A stretch of 64,000 bases of DNA from Macrostomum lignano (lineage: Eukaryota). Under the pieces are notes generated by a model. It was not told the DNA's origin. It saw nothing but the letters and a program-made list of their open reading frames with translations, and ran no database searches. The stretch spans positions 675,914-739,913 of the forward strand of contig NIVC01000462.1 of the NCBI GenBank assembly GCA_002269645.1, given 5' to 3'. Shown piece by piece: positions 39,695-51,329 of the stretch (positions are counted from its first letter, which is position 1; every line of letters begins with the position of its first letter). A program made the position numbers and the translations under genes.

Positions 39695-40864
39695 AAAATA
39701 GACAGATTTTTTAAGATTTCAAGGCTTGTGGGAGCATTGCTGAGATGTCAAGGGGGAGTTGATATGTTAAGGCTTGTGGGGGGGATTGCTGACATGTCAA
39801 GGCTTACAAGGGTACTGGTAGCGTACTGAAGCATACTGGTAGAAGTAGCTCTGAAAGAAGGCAAGTATGGTTGAATTTCAATGTCTGTTATAAAATTCTG
39901 CACAAACATGTTTTATTGGTACATAAGCCTGGAATTAAAATGAGAATTCGATTCCTAGCCCCCCTCCCTAAGAATTTTTTTTCATTTAAAAGGATTCGTC
40001 CCTTGCTTATTGGCCACCCGAAGGCCATTTTTTATCAAAAATGATAAAAATAATTTTTATCAAACACGTTGACATATACAGGGCTCTAAACTAAAAAACT
40101 GTAAAAAGTTGATAGTTTTGTTTTACCTAAAATGCGTTATTAACGATCTCCAAAAATTCCTATTTTAAGCTTAAGCTTAAGAAAGACACTTAAAGTACTC
40201 CTGCTAAAAGGTATATTATATTAGACGAATATTAATTATTTCTGCTCCCCGAAGGGGGGCAAAACTTTAGCTAGTACTAATACTAAAAATGAGTTGTCTG
40301 TGGGTATGCGATAGATTTCAGAAAAATTGGCTCAACCGATTTTCTTCAAACTTGCACCATTCGATCAGAAATTTTCCTGGGACGGTACATGCATCTTGGC
40401 TAAGAAACTGCTCAATTCTAAAAGGATTAAATATTCGAGAAACATGCTTTTTTGCAAAGGTCAAGCAAAATTTTCGACTTGAAATGCATTGTAAGAATGC
40501 TAGAGAAAAACCTGACTGACTGAATTTCAATTCTGATAAAGATTGCATCACAACAAGTTGAAAACAGTGTCGAAGAAATGCACACACGACTTGATTTAAA
40601 TTGCGTAACCAATATTGCTAACTTGAACTGAGACTGATACTGGCTGACTGAGAAATTGATTATGTCCTAACTTTTTACTCCAATTGACTTGCTGTAAGAA
40701 TTGAATTATAAGGGCCACAATTCATGTACTCCAATTGAAAAGAGATAGCCTAGATACGAACAGACTGGACTGCCAACGTAGCGACCTGAGTTCGAATCTT
40801 AGTAGTGCAAAATAATTTTTTTATTAAAACACATTGAAAACACGAAACTGGTAAACATAAAAAA

Positions 40865-42850
40865 GCACAATGTCAAACATAAAAGAGGCACCATGTCAAA
40901 CATTAAAGAGGCACCATGTAAAACATATATGTGACTCTATGTCAAACATTAAAGAGCCACCATGTAAAACATAAAAGAGTCACCATTTTGAACATTAAAG
41001 AGCCACCACGTCGAACATTAAAGTGCCACCATGTCAAACCTAAAAGAGCCACCATTAAGAACATTAAAGAGCCACCATGCCAAACATAAAAGAGCCACCA
41101 TGTAAAATATTAAAGAGCTAGCATGTCTAACATTAAAGAGCCACCAAGTCGAACATTAAATAGCCACCATTTCGGACATAAAGGAGCCACCATGTTGAAT
41201 ATTAAAGAGCCACCATGTAGAATATTAAAGAGCCACTATGTCAAACATTAAAGAGCCACTATGTCAAACATTAAAGAGCCACTATGTCAAACATTAAAGA
41301 GCCACTATGTTGAACGTAAAAGCGACTTTATGTCAAACATATCAGTGACTTTATGTCAAACATATAGGTGTTTTTATGTCAAACATTAAAGAGCCACCAT
41401 GTCGAACATAAAAGAGCCACCATGTAAAACATTAAAGAGCCACTATGTTGAACGTAAAAGTGACTTTATGTCAAACATATCAGTGACTTTATGTCAAACA
41501 TATAGGTGTTTTTATGTCAAACCTTAAAGAGCCACCATGTCGAACATAAAAGAGCCACCATGTAAAACATTAAAGAGCCACCATGTCAAACATTAAAGAG
41601 CCACCATGTCAAACATAAATGAGCCACCATGTCAAACATAAAAGAGGCACCATATGTTAACATAAAAGAGCCACCATGTCAAACATAAGAGCCACCATGT
41701 TAAGCATAAAATATACACAATTTCAAACGTAAAAGTATTGCCAGCCAATGCCAATTTTAAGTCATGCCAATTTTAAAGGAGCCACTATAAAGCTAAGGAA
41801 ATTTTCGCACTAGCTACTTATTGTCTGGTGAATGCTTGCTATTTGGGGATACTTGCTATCTGGGGGTGCTTGCTATCTGGGGGATGCTTGCTATCTGAGG
41901 GTGCTTGCTTTCTGGGGGATGCTTGCTATCTGAGGGATGCTTGCTATCTGGGGGGGTGCTTGCTATCTGGGGGATGCTTGCTATCTGGGGAATGCTTGCT
42001 ATCTGGGGGATGCTTGCTATCTGGGGGATGCTTGCTATCTGGGGGGTACTTGCTATCTGGGGGATGCTTGCTATCTGGGGGATGCTTGCTATCTGGGGGA
42101 TGCTTGCTATCTGGGGGGTGCTTGCTATCTGGAGGATGCTTGCTGTCTCGGGGATGCTTGCTATCTGGGGGGTGCTTTTTATCTGGGGGATGCTTGCTAT
42201 CTAGGGGGTACTTGCTATCTGGGGGATGCTTTCTCTCTGGGTGATTCTTGCTGTCTTTGGATGATTTCTTTTTGCATTGCACTTTATTTGAGCAGTTTGT
42301 CGGTTATCTTTGTATAGGTTTTTTGTATGTCAAATATTAAACAGCCACCATGTCAAACATAAAAGAGCCACCATGTCAAACATATACGTGACTACATGTC
42401 AAACATAAAAGAGACACCATGTCAAACCTAAAAAAGCCACCATGTCAAACATAGAAGAGCCACCATGTCAAACATAAAAGAGCCACCATGTCAAACATAA
42501 AAGAGCCACTGTGTCAAACATAGAAGAGCCACTATGTCAAACATAAAAGAGCCACCGTTTCAAACCTAAAAGAGCCACCATTTCGAACATTAAAAAGCCA
42601 CCATGTCAAACATTAAAGAGCCACCTTGTCAAATATTAAAGAGCCACCATTTCAAACCTAAAAGAGCCACCATGTCGAACATTAAAGGGCCACCATGTCG
42701 AACATTAAAAAGCCAACATGTCAAACATAAAAGAGCCACCATGTCAAACCTAAAAAAGCCAGCATGTCAAACATAGAAGAGCCACCATGTCAAACATAGA
42801 AGAGCCACTATGTCAAACATAAAAGAGCCACCATGTCAAACATTCAAGAT
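40865..42850. repeat. 23-bp minisatellite (AAACATAAAAGAGCCACCATGTC), two blocks 40865-41710 and 42340-42850
   Basis: Direct reading. Confidence 0.93.
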
Positions 42851-44290
42851 ATACAATTTCAAATGTAAAGGTATAAAGCGCCATGCCAATTTAAAGGAGC
42901 CAGTATTAAGCTAAGGAAATTGTCGCTCTAACTACTTATTGTCTGGTGGATGGTTGCTATTTGGGGATGCTATCTATCTGGGGGATGCTTGCTATCTGGG
43001 GGATGCTTGCTATCTGGTGGATGCTTGCTATCTGAGTGATGCTTGCTATCTGGGGAATGCTTATCTGGGGAATGCTTGCTATCTGGGGAATGCTTGCTAT
43101 TTGGGCGATGCTTGCTATCTGGGGGATGTTTGCTATCTGGGGGATGCTTGCAATTTGGGGGATGCTTGCTATCTGAGGGATGCTTGCTATCTGGTGGATG
43201 CTTGCTATCTGAGGGATGCTTGCTATCTGAGTGATGCTTGCTATCTGGGGGATGCTTGCTATTTGGGGTATGCTTGCTATCTGAGGGATGCTTGCTATCT
43301 GGTGGATGCTTGCTATCTGAGTGATGCTTGCTATCTGGGGAATGCTTATCTGGGGAATGCTTGCTATCTGGGGAATGCTTGCTATTTGGGCGATGCTTGC
43401 TATCTGGGGGATGTTTGCTATCTGGGGGATGCTTGCTATCTGGGGGATGCTTGCTATCTGGGGGATGCTTGCTATCTGGGGGATGCTTGCTATTTGGGCG
43501 ATGCTTGCTATCTGGGGGATGCTTGCTATCTGGGGGATGCTTGCTATCTGAGGGATGCTTGCTATCTGGTGGATGCTTGCTATCTGGGGGATGCTTGCTA
43601 TCTGGGGGATGCTTGCTATCTGGAGGATGCTTGCTATCTGGGAGATGCTTGCTATCTGGGGGATGCTTGCTATCTGGGGGATGCTTGCTATCTGGGGGAT
43701 GCTTGCTATCTGAGGGATGCTTGCTATCTGGTGGGTGCTTGCTATCTGAGTGATGCTTGCTATCTGGGGAATGCTTATCTGGGGAATGCTTATCTGGGGA
43801 ATGCTTGCTATCTGGTGGATGCTTGCTATCTGGGGGATGCTTGCTATCTGGGGGATGCTTGCTATCTGGAGGATGCTTGCTATCTGGGAGATGCTTGCTA
43901 TCTGGGGGATGCTTGCTATCTGGGGGATGCTTGCTATCTGAGGGATGCTTGCTATCTGGTGGATGCTTGCTATCTGAGTGATGCTTGCTATCTGGGGAAT
44001 GCTTATCTGGGGAATGCTTGCTATCTGGGGAATGCTTGCTATCTGGGGGATGCTTGCTATCTGGGGGATGTTTGCTATCTGGGGGATGCTTGCTATCTGG
44101 GGGATGCTTGCTATCTGGGGGATGCTTGCTATCTGGAGGATGCTTGCTATCTGGGGGATGCTTGCTATCTGGGGGATGCTTGCTATCTGGGGGATGCTTG
44201 CTATTTGAGGGATGCTTGCTATCTGGGGAATGCTTGCTATCTGGGGGAATGCTTGCTATCTGGAGGATGCTTGCTATCTGGGGGATGCTT
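41830..44290. repeat. 18-bp minisatellite (GATGCTTGCTATCTGGGG), two blocks 41830-42240 and 42950-44290; degenerate copy at 37630-37850
   Basis: Direct reading. A 15-bp deletion variant recurs at about 43050, 43335, 43765 and 43990, marking higher-order duplications. Confidence 0.96.
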
Positions 44291-44809
44291 GTGGTCTTGG
44301 GAAGATTTCTTATTGCAATTCACTTCATTTGAGCAGTTTGTCTGTTGTCTTTGTGAAGGATTTTTGTCTGTCTTTTTGTTACTTGTAGAGAACAGAGATT
44401 CTATCCAGATGTCCCCCATCGGGGGGCGAAGATTGCTAGTAAGTACTAAATCTGTATTTTTTGGGTTGTTGTTTTTGTGACTTACCTTGGCCAGACCTCT
44501 TGCCACCTGGCTGAATTGGCTGGGTTGGCCAGGTATGTTACTAATCTAATGGCTTTAGCCTAAGAAGGCAAATATATAATTAAGATTAGTAAATGGCCCT
44601 TTACCTTGATATTAGCTTGATAAATAACAAAGTTTTAATTATATCCTACTATTAGTTGATTTATTATATTACAATAAAACTATAATATAAAGTTTTAAAT
44701 AGGTTTTAAATAATTATTCAAGTGTAATTGATTTGCATACTTTTATAGCTTATTTTGAGGACTTATATCAATTTTTAGTATTCTTACTTTATATTTAAAA
44801 TGTAATATG

Positions 44810-46257
44810 TACGAGGGGTGTCCAAAAAGTAGTGATACTTTTGCTTGTATAGCTTTACTGCATGCTTGAAAATCAGCAAGTTTGGTGTTGTTGGAAAGCG
44901 GAAAATATCAGCTTTAATTTGACTGAAAAATCAACCTTGTATGTTGTTTTTAAAGAAAGTTATCACTGTCTATTTGAGCAAGGATGGCCCATAGACTTAC
45001 AAAAAAACTGTATGGTAAATCTTGCTGAGTTTTTACGAGCCGGAGAATATCGAGCAGCCAGAGAATATCGAGCGCTCAATATTCTCTGTTACGAGCATTT
45101 TATAAGCGTTCGAGTGGTGCTGTTTTGTCTGTGGTAAAATTATGGCTAAGTCTTCTTTGCACTGCCAGCTTGCTTCATTCTTCTTTCTCAAGCGCTTGCT
45201 TTTTCAAGACCAGATTTTGTTCAGCTGACAGTTATGGATGTGCACTCAAAGGAAGGACAGCGACACGCAATTCACACCCTATGGAGTATCGGAAAAAGTG
45301 GACAGGAGATTTACCATCATCTGTGAAGCATTCATGGAGCCGAAGCAGTAAGTTGCATGACGGTGTACCGATGGGTCGAGCAATTTGAGTCAGGAAGAAC
45401 AAATTTGGCTGACTTGCCAAGGTCAGGAAGGCCATCCGCACAAAGCTCAAAGGCTTTGGCTGACCAGATTCTTGATCTTCTGGAAGAAGACTGCAGATTG
45501 ACAATTCGTGAGATTGCTGACAGACTCGACAACCCACGATCAACAGTCCATCTCTGCCTGACCAACATGAACTTTGCTAAGCTAAGCGCCCGCTGAGTCC
45601 CGAAGCTCCTCACTGCTGATATGCGACTGCAGCGCCAGCAGACATGCCAAAGCAACTTGAATCTGGTGAGTCAACGCGGTGGCTGGAATCAGTTCTGCCA
45701 GTTGATTGTTACTGGCGACGAGACATGGGTTCCACATTTTGACCCGTCAATAAAGCAAGAGTCTAAAGTGTGGGCACTCAAGGGTTCTGACCCACCACTC
45801 AAGGCTCGCCGTGAAACTCACTGTAAGAAAATCATGCTGTCAGTTTTCTTTGACTGTAATGGCCCAATTACCATTGACTTCCTGGAGCCGAATACAACGA
45901 TCAATGCAGACCGTTATTCATCTCTCCTTGCAAGCCTGAAGGCAGACATCCAAAACAAGCGGTGCTCAGGAGTCAAGCCAATCATCTTGCATCATGACAA
46001 TGCCCAGCCGCATACTGCTGGCAAAACAATGGAGGCCATCAAAAAGCTAAAGTTTGACCTTCTGCCTCATCCGCCATATTCACCAGATCTGGCACCTGCG
46101 GATTTTGCCCTTTTCCCTCAATTGAAGCGCCACCTGAGGGGCCATGTCCACATGCCAACCGTGATCATTTGGAACAGGAAGTCCGCAGAGTACTTCTGCA
46201 TGTGATTCCACGACAGATCTATGCAGATGTGATTTATTGCTTGTTTTGTCGCTGGGA
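44810..46257 (+). mobile_element. Mariner (DD34D) DNA transposon, 3' end displaced by the Polinton insertion
   Basis: TA followed by terminal CGAGGGGTGTCCAAAAAGT, a typical mariner TIR start. The matching right TIR is not in the window. Confidence 0.9.
45234..46257 (+). pseudogene. Mariner transposase pseudogene (two premature TGA stops, C-terminal frameshifts)
   Basis: MDVHSKEGQRHAI...; HTH TVYRWVEQFESG...RSGRP; the WVP motif is mutated to R*VPKLL (TGA 45594-45596); VTGDETW, HHDNAQPH, PPYSPDLAPADF. Confidence 0.93.
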
Positions 46258-46941
46258 AGTAGAAGGCATGAGGGGGCTTTTGGGACAAAATTTTTCACGT
46301 CCTCCATAATCCCATTAAATCCATCCATATTATCCCTGACAGAATCAGAAAAAAAGGGGGGTCGCACTCGCTCACAAAACGTCCTCCATAATCCCATTAA
46401 ATCCATCCATATTATCCCTGACAGAATCATGAAAAAGTGGAGGGGTCGCACTTGCTCCGAAAACTTCGAACATAATCGTATTAAATCCATCCATATTATC
46501 CCTGACAGAATCAGAGCAGGTGTCCACTGACACCTGTTATGCTCATTGACACCGACATCCACCCATAGCATCTTCGAAACAATAAGAAAATAATCTGCAT
46601 TCTTCTTCCCACATTCAATTTGCAACGTGCTACCAGATCCCTAAGACTTTAAATTATCAGCGCAGGGTCCTTACCCTTTGAAAAAAATAATAAATTCTCA
46701 ATAAAATGTTTCCAGTTGTCTCTCCAGGTTCTTATTACAAAGCGCACGAGCCTAATTACAAATCCAAGTACCGATGCAAACTTGAATGCAGCGAATACAT
46801 GAGAAAATATTGGCCCGACGTTCATATCAATGTCCTAATATTAATCTAGCTCTCCAAAGACATTGGTTTCATAAGTATGGAGTAACCTATGTAAAAGATT
46901 ACGACAGCTATTATAACTTTGCAGAAATCATTAAGCAATTG
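46258..46941 (+). repeat. Left terminal inverted repeat of the Polinton; contains three roughly 82-bp-spaced copies of CATAATCCCATTAAATCCATCCATATTATCCCTGACAGAATCA
   Basis: 46282-46941 is the reverse complement of 63339-64000, apart from homopolymer indels. Confidence 0.95.
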
Positions 46942-46947
46942 CGTTAA

Positions 46948-47030
46948 AAAACCGAAAGGCCAAAAGGCCAAAAGGCCAAAAGGCCAAAAGGCCAAAAGGC
47001 CAAAAAGGCCAAAAGGCCAAAAGGCCAAAA
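46948..47030. repeat. (AAAAGGCC)n octamer repeat just inside the left TIR
   Basis: About 9-10 units, absent at the equivalent position inside the right TIR. Confidence 0.9.
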
Positions 47031-47287
47031 TCGTTTTCATTTTGGCCTCGCGCGAGGCCGAAATCGTTTGCATTTTGGCGTTCCCCGGCTGGGCTCAGTT
47101 AAAGTGAAAATCTCTCTCCCCCCACGCGCGCTGCGCCCACACACACACACACTCCCCTCTCCCCCCACACACGCGACGCCCGCGCCCACATACTGCCAGA
47201 ATGGGGTAAGAGATTTTGAGTACACATGCGCGCATTTTTTCATACCACTCTATTCTCGGCAAGCAACTTAAAAGGGAACGCATTTTC

Positions 47288-48151
47288 TCACATTCTCTCA
47301 ATGATCAACGTCAGTACAAACTCTTCACCGTTGAAATCAACACCTACCCCATCTTCAGTCTCAAACTGTAGCACAATCTCGTGAATCTCCTTATTACTCA
47401 ATACAACTCTTTTCACTGGATTTGGTTTCTCTACCACCATCTGTCCTCCAGCTACAGAGTTGGAGATGTTGTACAAAATATTCGTTCGCTTTCCCTTAAA
47501 TACCCAATCAAGACTGAGATTGCTTCTGATTAGAATATTCAAACCCTTTACAATGTCTGCAATATTGGGTGCTAAGAACAAACCGCTTACACTTTCCCGG
47601 ACCATTTTAACGGTCCCCGATGCTTGAGTGGCGGTCCGCGCCGCGGATTCTGCCTTATAAACTTTCTTCTCGAATCCCAGTTCCCTATACCAAGTGTCAT
47701 CTTTAAACTCAACCTCCGCATCTTTGTGAACTTGCATGACCACTCTCATTACAGTGAGATCATAGGTTAGTTTGACAGGGAACAGTTTCTTCTCTGGCTT
47801 ACTCGCATCAGGTGTCTCAAAATGGCCTCTTTTAGTAAAGACATTTTCTAGAAAGTTATTGTAGGTATCCACACTTTGCGTGCTCACATGGAATACCACA
47901 GGGTCTGCTGCTGCACCTTTCCATTTGTAATAAAACTTATTATTTGCTGCCATCACATTGGGAACGTTTGACCAACCAGTGAAGTCGTTAAGATAGACAT
48001 GGTAATTAGCGCCAGGATCCAGGCGAATCGCCTGCTCTAATTTTTCAACAAACATCCCGTTTGAGTCATTAATTCGCCCGGTTATTGTAATAGGAATGCT
48101 CTCCTTAGAGTGTGAAACAATGTTATTTAGTCTTTCGGCTATAGCTTCCAT
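47288..48151 (-). CDS. Minor capsid protein (penton, single jelly-roll), 287 aa, intact
   Basis: AIRLDP..YHVYL...SNVPNV...NNKFYY N-terminal signature and IHEIVLQFETEDGVGVDFNGEEFVLTL C-terminal signature of Polinton pentons. Lies directly downstream of the MCP. Confidence 0.8.
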   Translation of the reverse strand: MEAIAERLNNIVSHSKESIPITITGRINDSNGMFVEKLEQAIRLDPGANYHVYLNDFTGWSNVPNVMAANNKFYYKWKGAAADPVVFHVSTQSVDTYNNFLENVFTKRGHFETPDASKPEKKLFPVKLTYDLTVMRVVMQVHKDAEVEFKDDTWYRELGFEKKVYKAESAARTATQASGTVKMVRESVSGLFLAPNIADIVKGLNILIRSNLSLDWVFKGKRTNILYNISNSVAGGQMVVEKPNPVKRVVLSNKEIHEIVLQFETEDGVGVDFNGEEFVLTLIIERM

Positions 48152-48173
48152 TTTTTTGTCCTAAAAAAAATAT

Positions 48174-49458
48174 TTAAACTTTACTGGATGAATTGTTGAT
48201 CATGTTAAGCTTCACCTTCCTCTCAAATGCATAGACAATGTACAGGTCCACGGGTGTTGCGGCAGTCCTTTCAATGTTAGTCACGATATTCACAGGGCTG
48301 TTATCAGTAGGCATTTGTCTGGCAGACACATCAGCGCCAAACATCGGATATAGAGTTCCATATTGAAGAGCAGTGATAGCAATTCCATTGTTCTCTTTCA
48401 CAGCCAAGTCGACCAACTCGCTGTAAAATTTGCTAATCTTGTTCTGACTGAAATCTCCATTTTGTGGCAGTGCAGGGTAAAGATTATCACTGATTTCATG
48501 CTGAATGGACCGCACGTCTCCATGCATGTAGCGTATAATGCTATTTGGGTTTCTCATGTTAATAATGATATACCTTGGATTGCTGCATGATCCCTCTTTA
48601 ATGCAGATGTTTGTTCTAGTTTCGTTTCGCTCATCTCGACACATGTAGGCCGTGTATGCAACATCAATGTCCTTCTCTATTGCCTTAAGATAATCAGCTT
48701 TTAGTGCGGTCTTTGGCTCAATGACTTCCAAATACAGCTCGATTCCGGTTAGCTTCACAGCCATCCCAGTGTGGTCCGCCCCAGTCCACAACACTCTACT
48801 GCGATCATCTCTAGTCATCTTAAAGGTGTAGCTAAAGTTACTAGTCAGTCGATTAAATGTATTACAGAATCCACTCATGAATCTTAATGGTACAAATACA
48901 TCAACAGACCGATACAGCGGGTTCTTAGCAGCATCATCAGCACCTTGCAATGCATAGTTGTATCTCTTCTTCCTCTTTTTATAGCCACTGTCATTGATGT
49001 CTCCTTCTTTTTCATCTGCGATAAAACCCGCACCACTTCCCAACTGAATAAAATCAGGATTCTCGATCAAACAATGAGCGTCATAGACAATTCCAAAGTT
49101 GGCGATTCGCTCCAACTCAGTGCTCCCATTCGATACACTAAACTCCTTGAACATGTACGCCCAAAAGTTACTGATCAGAGCCACATCCGCATCATGCTTG
49201 TCAACGTTAGCACGAGCCGCATCCGCACCACCTTTGTCTTGAATTGAAATGTCATATGGAAGCCGCTCTTAAGACTGTGCACACTAACCAAAGACGAACA
49301 TCCATTGTATGTAATGTCAGTGTTTGGCCAGGACCAAGATTAGTTTCATTCTGATTTTCCTGACTGGGAACTCTTACCTGAGTCGCTTTGATTGTGCTAT
49401 CATCACTCAAAATAGGCTTGTTAATTTTGTAGAAAACTGGTGTCAGTGGGTCGTTCAT
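48174..49458 (-). CDS. Major capsid protein (double jelly-roll), about 428 aa, frameshifts near 49230-49280
   Basis: Starts with PILSDDSTIK (the DdSI-type MCP start), then ALISNFWAYMFKE, VDVFVPLRFMSGFC, PRYIII, YPALP and YGTLYPMFGADVS motifs typical of Polinton MCPs. Confidence 0.82.
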
Positions 49459-49488
49459 TTTTTAACTAAAAATAAAATAAAATAAGAA

Positions 49489-50690
49489 ATGAAGCGAAAA
49501 AGTACACAGCGAATATCTGAATTGGAGAAGCTGGCACAAGCAGAGAAACGAGTTACCGGGCTAATAAATAAGGAGCAGCAATCCTACAATGAGTTTGTCC
49601 AAGCAGCCACAGAGTTTCATAAACCCGGGTATGGAGAAGCTAAGAAAAATATTGATCAGGTCAAAGAAACTATCGACGACATACAGGAAACCCAAGTGCA
49701 AAAGGTTTTGGGCAAAATTCCAGAAGCACCACAGACACAACCGCAACCACAACAATCACAACAACAATCACAACCACAACAGCAACTAAAAGTGACAGAT
49801 AATATTTTTGGACCAGTAGAGCGTGTCGAACATGATGGGAAATATGTATTTGGAATAAGTATGTGGAGAAAAAACATTTATAATGAACCAGTGGAATATT
49901 ATATCGACATAAATAAGGAAAATATTTCTGTTGTCAAAGGCTCAGAAACTATGAAAATTCCTTTCACAGACACCTTACTGACTTTTATGACCAAGAACCA
50001 AGAGAAAATCTCCGAGAAGCAGCTAAAGAACTACAGAAATCTAGTGACTTTTTCTCTTGTTAGAGATATAGAAATACTAAAGGTCCCAGAAGTTCTGAAA
50101 CACATGTACGATAGCGGTGTCAACCTGACTAAATTCAAAAAGTACAAGCACTTTAAACAATGGTTCGATTTGCCAGATCAGGCGGAAGTCATAAAATATC
50201 TAGAACAACAACAACAGCAACAACAACAACCACAACCACAGCAACAACATTTTACAGAAGTACTCAGGCAACTGGAAAATGCAGATCCGACTCAAGTAGC
50301 TAAATATAAAAATGATCACCCAGATGCCTGGCAACACTTAGAACAACACTCTCCAGATCGAATGAACAGAATCAAGCAAAGAGTTTTCACACCTCAACAA
50401 AGACAGGCACCACATGACAGTTCCATCTCTGAAAGTGAGCAGTCTTTTGCATCACCTCCCCAGCAGCTACAAGCCCAACCAACTCCACAACCCAAGACCA
50501 ACCGCCCTCAACAGGAAAAGGAATTTCTGAAATCTACAAGCGAGTAGCGGTTCTTCTAGGAGCAGCAAAGACCGGAATGAAAGATGAAAATAGAAAAGAA
50601 TTTGTCAACATCCTGGACAAAATGATGGAAAAGAAGTATATTGACAAACGGGCGAGAGAGCTTCTGCTTTCGCGGTTCAACAAAAAATAA
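49489..50690 (+). CDS. Conserved Polinton hypothetical protein, Q-rich, probably extended by a frameshift near 50530 to a stop at about 50690
   Basis: 352-aa ORF. The shifted frame continues VAVLLGAAKTGMKDENRKEFVNILDKMMEKKYID, which resembles the LL.A...G....E...I...L C-terminal motif of a conserved Polinton protein. Confidence 0.6.
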
Positions 50691-50706
50691 TTTATTTCAA
50701 GTAAAA

Positions 50707-51096
50707 ATGCCGATTATTTTTGAGAAAGACGTGGACAAATACTATGACAAAGAGGAACTTAATCTCATTAAACGCGGATCTGGACTTTTCCCTGCAGGCC
50801 ACTATCCAAGAAAAGAACGCTCTGGGAACGGTCTTGCCGATTTGATCGCTCAGGGGGCCAAGATTTTTAAGGTCATTGGAGAGAACAAAGAGAACATCAA
50901 GAACGTTGCCGAAGCGGCTGGCAGTGTAGCCACAGCAGCCAAAAAGATAAAGGATACTGTAACACCTAAACAAGAGATTCAGCCTCCACTGGCCCCGCTG
51001 GCTCCATTGGCCCCAAATCCAGACAGTGTGGACCCTGCAGTCTATGAGAAGATGAGGGCTAGCATTAAAAAAGGAAGTGGTTTCAAATTTGACTAA
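50707..51096 (+). CDS. Small basic putative virion core protein with repeated GxG motifs, 129 aa
   Basis: KRGSGL, RSGNGL and KKGSGF motifs plus an amphipathic Ala-rich helix. Function is inferred. Confidence 0.6.
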   Translation: MPIIFEKDVDKYYDKEELNLIKRGSGLFPAGHYPRKERSGNGLADLIAQGAKIFKVIGENKENIKNVAEAAGSVATAAKKIKDTVTPKQEIQPPLAPLAPLAPNPDSVDPAVYEKMRASIKKGSGFKFD

Positions 51097-51121
51097 AGGG
51101 TACTTTCCGAGGGTACAAGAC

Positions 51122-51292
51122 TAGTCCCGAAATGACACATCTAAGTCCCAAAATGACACATCTAAGTCCCGAAATGACACATCTAAGTCCCGAAATGACA
51201 CATCTAAGTCCCGAAATGACACAATTAAGTACCAAAATGACACATCTAAGTCCCAAAATGACACATCTAAGTCCCGAAATGACACATCTAAA
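51122..51292. repeat. 21-bp tandem repeat (AAATGACACATCTAAGTCCCG), about 8 copies, upstream of the ATPase
   Basis: Direct reading. Confidence 0.95.
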
Positions 51293-51329
51293 TTATTTAT
51301 TATTTAAATTTTTTTTCATCATAGAAAAA

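Larger units (their letters stand above)
35040..40274 (+). mobile_element. Helitron-like non-autonomous element B with internal satellites
   Basis: Starts TATCTAATATACTAAAAATG...GGCTCAACCGATTTTCTTCAAACTTGCAC, resembling DINE-1/Lep1-type 5' ends. Ends with hairpin GCTCCCC-GAA-GGGGGGC plus CTAG (40271-40274). Confidence 0.65.
40275..44439 (+). mobile_element. Helitron-like non-autonomous element C with an internal duplicated satellite cassette
   Basis: Begins immediately after the CTAG of element B with TACTAATACTAAAAATG...GGCTCAACCGATTTTCTTCAAACTTGCAC. Ends with hairpin GTCCCCC-ATC-GGGGGGC plus CTAG (44436-44439). Confidence 0.65.

Noticed and set aside
31387-40799. Four candidate tRNA genes
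   Set aside because: A and B boxes are present, but acceptor and anticodon stems do not pair convincingly. Treated as tRNA-derived cassettes.
26811-44480. Long repetitive ORFs (26811-27682, 32980-33621, 35914-37602, 41828-42317, 42939-44480; also 21988-22263 and 24940-25571)
   Set aside because: They are translations of minisatellites lacking stops in some frames, are open on several frames or strands, and some lie inside introns of the E3 ligase.
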